From a virus, in the IMG/VR virus record IMGVR_UViG_3300025000_000083, positions 1 through 64,000 of that record: 64,000 nucleotides of DNA; one strand, given 5' to 3'. Made by a program: the position numbers and the translations under genes. A model generated the notes under the pieces. The model ran no database searches. It saw nothing but the letters and a program-made list of their open reading frames with translations, and was not told where the DNA came from. Shown here one piece after another: positions 1 through 8,434 of this stretch. The stretch's first letter is position 1. Every line of letters starts with the position of its first letter.

Positions 1-56
1 ACCTGTTTTTGGATTTGGATTTCTTTTTAAAAAGAGAAAAAATTGCTTCTTAATTC

Positions 57-145
57 TTTACTCTACTTTACTTTAGTTTACTATACTCTACTTTACTCTA
101 CTTTACTCTACTTTACTCTACTTTACTCTACTTTACTTTGTGTAC
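57..145. repeat. Tandem pentamer array (TACTY)n / (RAGTA)n, candidate replication-origin element
   Basis: Tandem tactc/tactt units directly after the initiator stop; stops occur in all minus-strand frames; adjacent direct repeats TTTCTGGCGCAGA at about 166-178 and 218-230. Confidence 0.75.
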
Positions 146-157
146 TTTGGACGCAGA

Positions 158-619
158 TTATGATGTTTCTGGCGCAGAAATATCGCTTTCTGCATCAAAT
201 ATACCGTTTTGATTGTATTTCTGGCGCAGATTAATTTTCAATTCTTCACAAATAGCAGTAAAACTCAGACACATCCTGTTCCTTTTTCGGTACACTTCCT
301 TTATTCCTTTTATAAAATTCAGCGACCAAATAATCCGGTTTTCCCAGAGTTCAAAATGAATTGCTCCAAGATCAGCAAGAGTATCATAAATTTCCTGTAA
401 TTCCTGTTCAGAAAGATTCATATAGGCAGATAAATATTGCCAATCTTCTTTCTTCCGACAATCAATAAAATGATTGTTGTTTTTACCAAGCAGTTCAAGA
501 GTTTTGAACCACACCGTATATCCCTTAAATGGATGTTTGCTATCCAATATAAACAGGGTCTTGCCATGTTCACATTGGTGTGGAAAATAATCCACAACAT
601 TTTTATCCTGTCTTGCCAT
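158..619 (-). CDS. DUF4373/Lin1244-like phage replication initiator (N-terminal wHTH)
   Basis: Starts MARQDKNVVDYFPH, then GY.VWFK.LE.L; this pattern is typical of lambda-O-like initiators. Confidence 0.7.
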   Translation of the reverse strand: MARQDKNVVDYFPHQCEHGKTLFILDSKHPFKGYTVWFKTLELLGKNNNHFIDCRKKEDWQYLSAYMNLSEQELQEIYDTLADLGAIHFELWENRIIWSLNFIKGIKEVYRKRNRMCLSFTAICEELKINLRQKYNQNGIFDAESDISAPETS

Positions 620-779
620 TTTGCCACGCTTTAGTTAAAAAGGATGCCTCCGAGACAAAAGAAAACCACATTAGGAAGCGTGACCGACCCGTTGTGGTAT
701 CTGATGCCCGGAGGCAATATCTTAATGAAATGTTTTTATTGGTTTTCATACGTCACGCTTTTAGTACACCACAAATATA
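620..779 (-). ncRNA. Promoter plus type-B structured leader of the initiator gene
   Basis: TATATTTG at 772-779; stem 705-716/645-657; loop GTCACGCTT is complementary to AAGCGTGAC (752-760) and AAAGCGTGGC (623-632). Confidence 0.65.
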
Positions 780-801
780 AACTTTATTTTCTAATTACAA
801 T

Positions 802-1668
802 TCAAATCTCATTTTCCCTGCAAAACTTATCAACACGGTTGTACATTGCATAATCTTCATCATGCAGTCGCATACGCACACGTGCCATATTGCCACGATC
901 CGTCTTTGTTGTACCCCAATAATGGGTGTACTTGCGCCCACGGTCTTCCCCTGCTTTTTTGGCATCTTTGTTAATAACTTTTACCTCCGGCCTTAGTCCA
1001 TGTGCCTTGATAAGTGATGCGGCAAAATACTGTTCATGGAATAAGTTCTGGTGGATTATCACGTCACCATAGGTCTTAAAGAATAGCTTCTGGTTCTCCG
1101 GTGCAAAGATGTACTCCTGAGAGCATTTCAGCCACTCCTTGAAGAAATCCATGTCATGTCCACCGCATATCCCGCAGTTATACGCAAAGTCCGTCACGGG
1201 GTTATCCACGATGATCTGAGGTTTGACCTTGGCTTTGTTAAAACACGGACGCAAGAGATTGTAGTAATGGTAGCCGACAAGATGCATAGGCTCATGGCTC
1301 TGAAAGCACAGACGGGCATTGAGAATCTTTGGTGCCAGCGGATCCCATAGGAACACGTCATTGTCGATATGTACAAACGGTGTAGTCTGCTCATTATATG
1401 CAAGTAGCTTGCCGTATGCCCAGAAGAACCGGGACACCTCTTTCATCTCATTGAGCTTATTGGAATAGCTTGTGATGGGTAGCCCGAGTGCCTTGATTAC
1501 ATCCACGCCCCAGTCAGAAGAAATAAACTGCACCTCCTTAAAGTGTCGGGAGGCGCAGAGTATTGATAGTGACTGAGTGAATAGAAAATCACTGAACTTA
1601 TTGAATCCTGCCCTGTTGCCGAAGGTTTCATCAGGATTGAAATAAGAAAATACTGCCTTCTTTATCAT
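802..1668 (-). CDS. DUF6734-like nucleotide-sugar transferase-fold protein
   Basis: FWAYGKL.AY, PFVHIDNDVFLW, YNCGICGG, EQY and YTHYWG motifs. Confidence 0.65.
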   Translation of the reverse strand: MIKKAVFSYFNPDETFGNRAGFNKFSDFLFTQSLSILCASRHFKEVQFISSDWGVDVIKALGLPITSYSNKLNEMKEVSRFFWAYGKLLAYNEQTTPFVHIDNDVFLWDPLAPKILNARLCFQSHEPMHLVGYHYYNLLRPCFNKAKVKPQIIVDNPVTDFAYNCGICGGHDMDFFKEWLKCSQEYIFAPENQKLFFKTYGDVIIHQNLFHEQYFAASLIKAHGLRPEVKVINKDAKKAGEDRGRKYTHYWGTTKTDRGNMARVRMRLHDEDYAMYNRVDKFCRENEI

Positions 1669-1684
1669 AGTTCTGATGGATTAA

Positions 1685-1927
1685 TTAAACCCACCCACTG
1701 CCAATGGCATCGCCATAGCTTGTGTAGTCAGTTGTGCCACTGCAGAGAATACTCTTAGCGGCTGCCAGCCTCCACTGCCATTCACTCAGGGAACATGTGG
1801 TGACACACTTGTGCATGTCGTGCCACTGTGCTCCTTCTTTGGGACCATGTGTCGTATGAGCCACAACTGTGTTCTCGACATTCACCCGGCAATTGAGGTA
1901 AACCCTCGCTTTAATGTTTGTTGCCAT
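1685..1927 (-). CDS. Small protein, paralogous to the N-terminus of 2153-2677; ends in a YGDAIG motif
   Basis: Clean ORF; G.Q and EW..RLA.A...L are shared with the neighbouring gene. Confidence 0.65.
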   Translation of the reverse strand: MATNIKARVYLNCRVNVENTVVAHTTHGPKEGAQWHDMHKCVTTCSLSEWQWRLAAAKSILCSGTTDYTSYGDAIGSGWV

Positions 1928-1984
1928 GATTAAAAAAGAATTACGTTTAGAAACTATGTTTAGAAAAATAAATTACATTATATG

Positions 1985-2146
1985 AGTTCTCCAAAATCGG
2001 CATCAACTCTTCCGCACCCTCATTTATCCTCATCGGGTTTCAGGCTGACCAATAACACAGATTTATGGTCACTTACCGGATAACGGTTGACATCCGTCTT
2101 TAATTTCCTTGTCGAAGGGAATATTTTTATCCGACTTCAAAGAACT
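1985..2146 (-). ncRNA. Candidate structured ncRNA of about 162 nt
   Basis: 16-bp closing helix 2146-2131/2000-1985, fully paired when G-U is allowed, enclosing several hairpins. Confidence 0.5.
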
Positions 2147-2152
2147 TTTTTA

Positions 2153-2677
2153 TCATACAAGAGGTGTTACAAAACTCCTCACGTTGCCATATCTCGTAAA
2201 GAGACCTGCAGTATTAGCCCATGCCCTGTAATAATACTTTGTTCCGGGGGTCAGTCCTGCTATTGCAGCGGTTATCGGTTCGTCATCGTGGAGTGCTGCC
2301 ACGGGACTTTCTGCTGCATCCTGAGTGCTGGTGTTGACATCCCTGGTTGTGCCATACACAAATCCACAACTTGCTTGTCCGTCTGTGGACACCCTGCCAT
2401 TAAGTGTTACGCTATTCTTTGTCAGAAGGGTGACATCCTCGGATACGGCTTTCGGAGGACCGTCATTATCGAGTTCCCATCCTTCGTGCAGGACAAGTGT
2501 GGCATCGGCAAGCCTACGGTCCCACTCATCTTTATCAATGGTTATCTCCGGCATGGAGGCATGGTACTAAAGTTGCCTTCCCGATTCTCTTCCGGCCTTG
2601 GATGATCCTCTCTCAGTCACCTCTACAAGAATGTAGCTGACCCGTGCTTTTACTTTAAATTCTCTTACTACTGCCAT
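2153..2677 (-). CDS. FN3-like domain protein with an in-frame TAG at codon 37 (ORF track starts it at 2554)
   Basis: ATG at 2677 is in frame with 2554; TAG at 2569-2567; C-terminal GLTPGTKYYYRAWA...YG FN3 motif. Confidence 0.6.
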
Positions 2678-2718
2678 GATACTTACGTTTTAGTTTAACA
2701 TACATTTACAGTGTAAAA

Positions 2719-3135
2719 TTAGTCTTTTTTACGAAGCAACGCAAACACATCTTTATTTTTATCATCATCCAAGGGTAATCTCGCAATACGAAACACCACC
2801 GATGAGGGTTTATCCACACCCACACCATGACACGTTCTCTCCCATGTTGCATCAATGACATGTCTTGCCAGTCCCACGTTGTTAAACACCGCACCACCGG
2901 ATGACTCTTTTCTTAACTGCCATCCCTCTGTATCAACGAACACACCAAAATCAGACTTATTCTTGGTATCTCTACACATATTCACCGTAGCATAGCCACT
3001 TTTCTTATCCAGTAGTCCCAGATGCTTCACCGCAGCTTTATTGAAGTGCACAAGACCCATATTGGTAAACCTCACCGTAGGCTCACCCCTCATGGTGTCA
3101 ATAAACTCCTCCTTGCTCAGTCTTTCTATTTCCAT
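2719..3135 (-). CDS. Hypothetical protein
   Basis: 138-aa ORF in operon. Confidence 0.6.
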   Translation of the reverse strand: MEIERLSKEEFIDTMRGEPTVRFTNMGLVHFNKAAVKHLGLLDKKSGYATVNMCRDTKNKSDFGVFVDTEGWQLRKESSGGAVFNNVGLARHVIDATWERTCHGVGVDKPSSVVFRIARLPLDDDKNKDVFALLRKKD

Positions 3136-3140
3136 AGTAA

Positions 3141-3641
3141 TTATTTGAAATTTAAGTTTGCAAATTCACCTTTAAGTTCTTTTGCTTTAGCATCGTATCT
3201 TTTTGCCGCAATTACAGGATCCCGGCTACAGCCAAGATCGTAAATTATCCCATTATGGGTTATTGTTGCAGAATAAGAAATTTCAAAAGTATTAGTCTTT
3301 TTTTTAAACCACCTATGTTCACTGACTCCGAGATAAGGGATTTTACCTCGGGGTTTAATCCAGCTCCTATTTTGATTTACAGTGCAATTTCTTAAATTAT
3401 ATTTCTGATTATTTAATCCATTCCAGTCCTTGTGGTCTGTCTGCATATTGTCGGGGGTTTTCATTATTTCCCTGTGCATTAATAGCATAATCCGCTTACC
3501 TTTTTTATTCGTTGTGTTTCTTTGCGCATAATAAGTATCTCTGCTTTTACGAGCAAACCATTTCCATTGGTTTAACCATTCGTAATCCGAATCATCGACC
3601 ATTGTAACTAATCCTCTTGTAAGTGGTATTGTTTTCATCAT
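3141..3641 (-). CDS. HNH homing endonuclease with AP2 DNA-binding domain
   Basis: MKTIPLTRG..TMVDD.DY, MHREIM, DHKDWNGLNNQKYNLR, AAKRYD..A.EL.GEFA.LNF. Confidence 0.9.
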   Translation of the reverse strand: MMKTIPLTRGLVTMVDDSDYEWLNQWKWFARKSRDTYYAQRNTTNKKGKRIMLLMHREIMKTPDNMQTDHKDWNGLNNQKYNLRNCTVNQNRSWIKPRGKIPYLGVSEHRWFKKKTNTFEISYSATITHNGIIYDLGCSRDPVIAAKRYDAKAKELKGEFANLNFK

Positions 3642-3741
3642 TCCCAGTTTTAATAAATCCAGAACATAAAAGGAATTGGAAAGGAGTTCTGGTTTCCCTT
3701 ATCAGTCGGACATGACCCCGACCTATCCAACTCCAAAGATA
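3642..3741 (-). ncRNA. Promoter plus type-A structured leader (copy 1)
   Basis: TATCTTTG, then GGAGTTGGA/TCCAATTCC closing a TAG-hairpin-TGATAA-hairpin junction; loop CCAGAAC pairs with downstream GTTCTGG. Confidence 0.75.
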
Positions 3742-3752
3742 TGCAATATTTT

Positions 3753-3971
3753 TTACTTCCCATCTTCCCTGTTGTCTAAATTTACGTCAGGAATGGGAAT
3801 TTCATCTATCCCCGATGCATCGCCACGTTCTGAAGAAGCAGGCACGTTATCCACATTAACAACTACAGGCTGCATCACTGTCATTTTCGGTCCCCGATAC
3901 CGATAATCCTCATCAGATTTGTAATTCTTCTTTTTCATAATAACATCAGTTTTTATAGGTTTAATAATCAT
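3753..3971 (-). CDS. Hypothetical protein
   Basis: ORF overlapping the upstream gene's stop. Confidence 0.45.
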   Translation of the reverse strand: MIIKPIKTDVIMKKKNYKSDEDYRYRGPKMTVMQPVVVNVDNVPASSERGDASGIDEIPIPDVNLDNREDGK

Positions 3972-4248
3972 TCCCTCGTAACATCAACTTCTGATTCTGT
4001 AATCCCCCCGGCTGACTCCCCTTGTAATATGTCTCACTCTTTAGTATCATCTTGCCATTCTCAATAAGATAACTCCTCTTCTGCCTCTTAAACACGTAAA
4101 CAAGCCTATAATACCTTATCCCTGTGGCCGTACTTAATGCCTTCTTATTACTGCAGGTTATTTTCAAACAATCCTCTAAATCTTCACCAATAGACTTGCC
4201 TTCCAAATCTACCACCATGTACATTTCCCTACCCCTTTCCTTCTTCAT
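3961..4248 (-). CDS. Hypothetical, possible HTH protein
   Basis: NKKALSTATGIRYYRL is HTH-like; lies downstream of a promoter at 4295-4302. Confidence 0.5.
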   Translation of the reverse strand: MKKERGREMYMVVDLEGKSIGEDLEDCLKITCSNKKALSTATGIRYYRLVYVFKRQKRSYLIENGKMILKSETYYKGSQPGGLQNQKLMLRGNDY

Positions 4249-4294
4249 ATTACTAATTACTTAAAACGGTGTCGCATTTACCGCCTTATTTTGA

Positions 4295-4302
4295 CAAAGA
4301 TA
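4295..4302 (-). promoter_or_regulatory. Bacteroidota sigma70 -7 element
   Basis: TATCTTTG matches TAnnTTTG, upstream of the leftward operon. Confidence 0.55.
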
Positions 4303-4613
4303 ATAACCTTGTTTCATTTACCAACATCTTTTGGCACTTTTTTATCAACAATCTACCAAAAATACCAATTTAACCATAGTGAGTATGCGCTGGTAGTCAA
4401 TGTATGTGTTTGCGGGTGCGCACTCGATCCGAAAATCAAATCTCCGACCCCGCCCCCTGGCAAACGGTTTGCGCCTCTTTTTATATGGACCTGCAAAGCG
4501 TTTCTATCCTGATCGTGCCAAACAAAGCGCATTGTAATATAATCTAATAGGGTAGGGGCAGAGCTCAACCAGATGCAATACTGTGCCCTCATCCATGCCC
4601 AGGGAAATGTTCT

Positions 4614-4641
4614 ATTTGACATAATATTAATTATAGGCTGA
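4614..4641 (-). other. dif-like XerC/XerD recombination site
   Basis: TCAGCCTATAA-TTAATA-TTATGTCAAAT in 11-6-11 layout; XerD arm matches TTATGTTAAAT at 10/11. Confidence 0.7.
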
Positions 4642-4654
4642 TTGGGGCTGACAT

Positions 4655-4744
4655 AATGAGTAGTTTTATTACTCATTTATTCACCTCACTCATTGCCTTA
4701 TGCAATGGGCGTTTGAAGCGGATTGAGTAAGTTTATTACTCAAT
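4655..4744. promoter_or_regulatory. Two palindromic operator-like sites, TGAGTA-N7-TACTCA
   Basis: AATGAGTAGTTTTATTACTCATT (4655-4677) and ATTGAGTAAGTTTATTACTCAAT (4722-4744). Confidence 0.65.
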
Positions 4745-4824
4745 TTAATGCTATAATATTATGTAAAATAGCAAGCTAACTAACTTAAAAAGTGTTTAAT
4801 ATTGTGGTTTTAAGTGTCTGACGT

Positions 4825-5439
4825 TTGAATAATTGGTTTAATCATGTACGTATGACCGGAGAAATACCGCCAAAACAACTGAAACGGGTCAAATCAGCCC
4901 TTTCTCCCTCTTCTCCTCCTCTTCTATCTAAATCCTTGAATAGTCTTTATAATAGCTTGGATGACTTTAATAAGGGTGTTTTTATGAGGGTGTTTAGTTT
5001 TATCTGGTCGTCATTGTACACACATAAAGAGTTATTTAAACGGGGTGTTCTTAATTACTGGTGTTTTGATCTTGCCCGTATTCATTCCGGCCTTACTTCT
5101 TCTGAGCTCCTTACATTGACATATTTATATCAGGTGACTAAACAGGGCGTTAACATGGTGCGTTCTGATGTTATCTATAATGGTCCAATACTGCGGGATC
5201 TTATCTATAAGTCAAAACAATGCGTTTTAAATGATCTTAAACATAAGGGATATATAACCAGGCACACGTATAACCCTGGTATTTTATATTTGTCGTGTGC
5301 TCACTCTAAGCAACCCGTATTTATTAAGATGACTAATAAAGCTACTAAGGTCCTCAATGATATTGAGAAGGATATGAGCCGGATAATGTTAAATACATCA
5401 TTCAATGATCTGACAGGGCACAACAAAAAACCCGGCTGA
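4825..5439 (+). CDS. Winged-helix (MarR-like) DNA-binding protein; start uncertain
   Basis: LTSSELLTL.YLY ... LNDLKHKGYITR ... IKMTNKA. Confidence 0.55.
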   Translation: MNNWFNHVRMTGEIPPKQLKRVKSALSPSSPPLLSKSLNSLYNSLDDFNKGVFMRVFSFIWSSLYTHKELFKRGVLNYWCFDLARIHSGLTSSELLTLTYLYQVTKQGVNMVRSDVIYNGPILRDLIYKSKQCVLNDLKHKGYITRHTYNPGILYLSCAHSKQPVFIKMTNKATKVLNDIEKDMSRIMLNTSFNDLTGHNKKPG

Positions 5440-5451
5440 TTAGTGCCGGGC
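5423..5451 (-). terminator. Intrinsic terminator between convergent genes
   Basis: CCCGGC/GCCGGG stem followed by a T-run on the minus strand. Confidence 0.65.
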
Positions 5452-5474
5452 TACTGTTCTTTGCTTCTCTCCTG

Positions 5475-5705
5475 TTATATGATGAATTGTTGTATATCTG
5501 AGCGGTTTAATGCACTCCTGCACCAATCTATTATTTTATCCTTTGTTGTGTCATCTTTAAAGGTGGTGCCAATTAATGGCGTTTTCTCCCCTGCCTTAAA
5601 CATTGACACAAATAAATTATAATTACTCTGTGAATCTGTCTGATAGACTTTTATTTTATACTCTCTGAGATTGTGAGTAATCTTATAAATAGTTTTTGTT
5701 TTCAT
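5475..5705 (-). CDS. Hypothetical early protein
   Basis: Clean ORF in a small leftward operon. Confidence 0.55.
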   Translation of the reverse strand: MKTKTIYKITHNLREYKIKVYQTDSQSNYNLFVSMFKAGEKTPLIGTTFKDDTTKDKIIDWCRSALNRSDIQQFII

Positions 5706-5724
5706 TGTCTTGGTGTTTAGTGGT

Positions 5725-5919
5725 TTAATTGTCTAATCCTTTTATATATGCGTTCGGTCCTCTCTCTGCCCTGATGCCTCTGATCTTCTTTTTATATTGC
5801 TCGTCAAGATCATCAAAGTATATGCAAAGAAACGGGGCATTAACTGGTCTTATTTCTTCAAGTCGGAAGTCAACAAAGAAATTAACCCCTGATATGCTTA
5901 TTTGTGGTAGTGCTGCCAT
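5725..5919 (-). CDS. Hypothetical early protein
   Basis: LP.I.I.G..FFVD.RL.E.R.V..P pattern. Confidence 0.55.
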   Translation of the reverse strand: MAALPQISISGVNFFVDFRLEEIRPVNAPFLCIYFDDLDEQYKKKIRGIRAERGPNAYIKGLDN

Positions 5920-5930
5920 TGTCCTTAGTT

Positions 5931-6113
5931 TTATAGTCCGTTATCTGCGTCACTGTATTGTTCATAGCTGTAATCATACGCATCATTTAATATGTCTGCG
6001 CACTCATCGCAAAGGTTAATATCTACCGGAGATATATAACCCTCTTCAATTAGGTCCCTCTGTTCCCTGCTGATCGGGAACCATTCACCGCATTTACTGC
6101 ATTTTGCTTTCAT
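5931..6113 (-). CDS. Small Zn-finger protein
   Basis: CSKC...CDEC. Confidence 0.55.
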   Translation of the reverse strand: MKAKCSKCGEWFPISREQRDLIEEGYISPVDINLCDECADILNDAYDYSYEQYSDADNGL

Positions 6114-6123
6114 ATACCTTATA

Positions 6124-6237
6124 TTATATAGGTAAATAGCTAAATGCCATCATCAACAGCGCAATGGCTGCCATAATGAGCATAAACAACCCTTTACGGG
6201 TACTGTCTTCTCTTGTTTCTAACTGTGTGTGTTTCAT
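6124..6237 (-). CDS. Small membrane peptide (37 aa, absent from ORF track)
   Basis: MKHTQLETREDSTRKGLFMLIMAAIALLMMAFSYLPI, downstream of TATCTTTG at about 6282-6289. Confidence 0.45.
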   Translation of the reverse strand: MKHTQLETREDSTRKGLFMLIMAAIALLMMAFSYLPI

Positions 6238-6432
6238 GTTTTTGCGTTTTTAGTGTGTGTTATTATGTTTATTGTCAGAAGCAAAGATATAAAGTATTTA
6301 TCATATAAGCAAATGTTTTTATATATTTATTTTGCATTATTATATTATTATTATTGCTTTTTACTTGTTTATATGATATTTATAGTTTTACTTTGTGGGG
6401 TATTAATCAATTATTTATTAAAAATCAACGCT

Positions 6433-6711
6433 ATGAAAACAGTAAATGTAAAAGTTGAACAGTTTAACGGGAACAATGGACCTGTTAAAAATCAAATGAT
6501 TATCAGAACTCCAAAGGGGGTATTTTTTCAGTCTTATTCCTCAATTATTGTGTTCATCCCGAACAAAGGAAAAACACAGTTAGACCGCAAATACTGGGAT
6601 TATTCCAAAACAACGGGCAAATATCGGAACCAGTTTTTAATGGAGGACAAAAAAGAAACACAGGCAAAAATTGACAACGGAACCTATTTATTAACTGATC
6701 TTAATAAATAA
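6433..6711 (+). CDS. Small phage early protein (start revised to MKTVNV)
   Basis: NQ.II....G..FQSY.SII...WDYSKTTGKYRNQFL motif. Confidence 0.7.
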   Translation: MKTVNVKVEQFNGNNGPVKNQMIIRTPKGVFFQSYSSIIVFIPNKGKTQLDRKYWDYSKTTGKYRNQFLMEDKKETQAKIDNGTYLLTDLNK

Positions 6712-6715
6712 GAGT

Positions 6716-6940
6716 ATGACAATCTATGAAATTAAGGAAAGAACACAGACTACAAGTCCGTACTTTTTCACCCGTGACACGCTCAGATTTTTTTACCAGA
6801 CAATGAGCATGTTTAAAACTAAAAAACAGGCAGACGGCAGGATTTTTATTTCTGCCCCTATGCGGGACCATACAGGCCGGATTGTCGGGCATACCGAAAG
6901 ATATTTTAATCCGGTAAATAATCAGCTTGAATTTGAATAG
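6716..6940 (+). CDS. Small phage protein
   Basis: MTIYEIKE...YFF.RDTLRFF motif. Confidence 0.65.
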   Translation: MTIYEIKERTQTTSPYFFTRDTLRFFYQTMSMFKTKKQADGRIFISAPMRDHTGRIVGHTERYFNPVNNQLEFE

Positions 6941-7032
6941 TGTTTAATTGGTTTTCTTGGTCTGCCTCCGGTCATTGATCGGGGGCATGTACCAGGATTA
7001 ACCACAGTTTTTTAACCTTAAATTTTAATGAC

Positions 7033-7140
7033 ATGAACACACAATTAATCTTAGTTCTGCCCTTAGTCCTCTTTGTTGGGGTGTGCCTGGTGATGATCGT
7101 TTTACCATCTGTTAAACCCTTTAACCCGGTGAAAAAATGA
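7033..7140 (+). CDS. Small membrane peptide
   Basis: MNTQLILVLPLVLFVGVCLVMIVLP...; ATGA overlap with the next ORF. Confidence 0.45.
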   Translation: MNTQLILVLPLVLFVGVCLVMIVLPSVKPFNPVKK

Positions 7141-7247
7141 TCAGGAAGCTAATTAAAGGGGCTTATGCTCCGTTTATCCTTATTCCGGCTTCTGCCCTCT
7201 ATTGGGTGCTTTTATGGCTCCTGATGACCTGGATAGGGGTGAAATGA
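7137..7247 (+). CDS. Small membrane peptide
   Basis: MIRKLIKGAYAPFILIPASALYWVLLWLLMTWIGVK. Confidence 0.45.
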   Translation: MIRKLIKGAYAPFILIPASALYWVLLWLLMTWIGVK

Positions 7248-7318
7248 GGTGTTTTATTATTGGATAGTATTGCAAAAATGAAAGTAGGTAAAATTTGAAA
7301 ACTTAAAAATACACAGAA

Positions 7319-7480
7319 ATGAAAAACTTTGAAATTAAAATCAGTGGATCCGGCACACTTGGACAAATTACAAGTGCGTTACATGAATTAATAAAAGAAC
7401 TGGATAACTTACCTTATCCCGAAGAACCCCGCAATATTTATGAAGATGAAACCATTTGCACAGAGATAACAGAATTATGA
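7319..7480 (+). CDS. Small hypothetical protein
   Basis: MKNFEIKISGSGTLGQI...; ATGA overlap with the next gene. Confidence 0.5.
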   Translation: MKNFEIKISGSGTLGQITSALHELIKELDNLPYPEEPRNIYEDETICTEITEL

Positions 7481-7719
7481 ATAAACCATCTTACACAGCC
7501 AGCGAGATGCAGAACCGCTTTATTGCGTGTTCTTTACTTCTCGATCCCCCTGCCCTGGGTGCAGTCATCCATGCAAGCGGGAAAAATGCCGGAATGCCAG
7601 TATTGTATGATTCAATAGAAGCGGCAAGAGATGAGATGTTCTTTGATGATCAGGTGGATAAGATCATACCAGCCTGTGAATATTATGAACGGATAAAAGC
7701 AGGAAATTTTAAGTTCTAA
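7477..7719 (+). CDS. Hypothetical protein
   Basis: ORF with start revised to MNKPSY. Confidence 0.5.
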   Translation: MNKPSYTASEMQNRFIACSLLLDPPALGAVIHASGKNAGMPVLYDSIEAARDEMFFDDQVDKIIPACEYYERIKAGNFKF

Positions 7720-7740
7720 CCATCAGATAAAGCGCAAATA

Positions 7741-8040
7741 ATGGTACAACGTAACTTATTTGGAGAGATAGAAATGGAGATGATTCCTGAACCGGAACCA
7801 ATTCCAGAACTGCCTGAAATGCCTGTTATCATGCGTAAATCAAAGAGAAGAAAGGATTTTGAAATAGGGGTGTGCAAACAATGTGGTCAGCTATTGCTGG
7901 ATGACCCTGATAATACCCGAATTAAGCTGAATGAGGAATTATGTGAAAATTGCGATGATAAGCTCAGAGCAAAATACGCTCAGTATAAAAACATTGCACT
8001 GATCAGAGCATTGAGAATACATAAAATGATCAATCGTTAA
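7741..8040 (+). CDS. Hypothetical Zn-finger protein
   Basis: CKQC...CENC. Confidence 0.55.
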   Translation: MVQRNLFGEIEMEMIPEPEPIPELPEMPVIMRKSKRRKDFEIGVCKQCGQLLLDDPDNTRIKLNEELCENCDDKLRAKYAQYKNIALIRALRIHKMINR

Positions 8041-8056
8041 ATTAAAAACATACAGA

Positions 8057-8407
8057 ATGACAAAAAGCATTAAGATTCAAACACAGCCTGTTATGGTTGG
8101 TCGCATATCCGATACAAAAGAGATCGGGTGGTGCGCTATCTACGTGGATGGGGTTAAACTCATATTCGATGCCTACAATGGCTCTGGACCTTCCGCTACA
8201 CCCCGCATTGACTCCCTGGTTGAAATAGTCACAGACAGAGATATATTTCACCTCACACCTGAATATCTGGTGGCTGCAGTTGCATTCTTTCAGAAGTATA
8301 ATGAGATGGGCAGTGATGTTGTACGCTTCAAAAATATGTTCCAGGTAACAATCCCGGACAGATTCAGGGATGCTCAGATGAACGCTAAAATCGGTCTTAA
8401 AATTTGA
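8057..8407 (+). CDS. Hypothetical protein
   Basis: 116-aa ORF in operon. Confidence 0.55.
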   Translation: MTKSIKIQTQPVMVGRISDTKEIGWCAIYVDGVKLIFDAYNGSGPSATPRIDSLVEIVTDRDIFHLTPEYLVAAVAFFQKYNEMGSDVVRFKNMFQVTIPDRFRDAQMNAKIGLKI

Positions 8408-8434
8408 ATTTCAAATAATGCTTATCTTTGCATA

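Noticed and set aside
57-145. CRISPR array, or the plus-strand LLYSTLLY ORF (43-234)
   Set aside because: Pure pentamer tandem without spacers; the ORF is a translation artefact of the repeat
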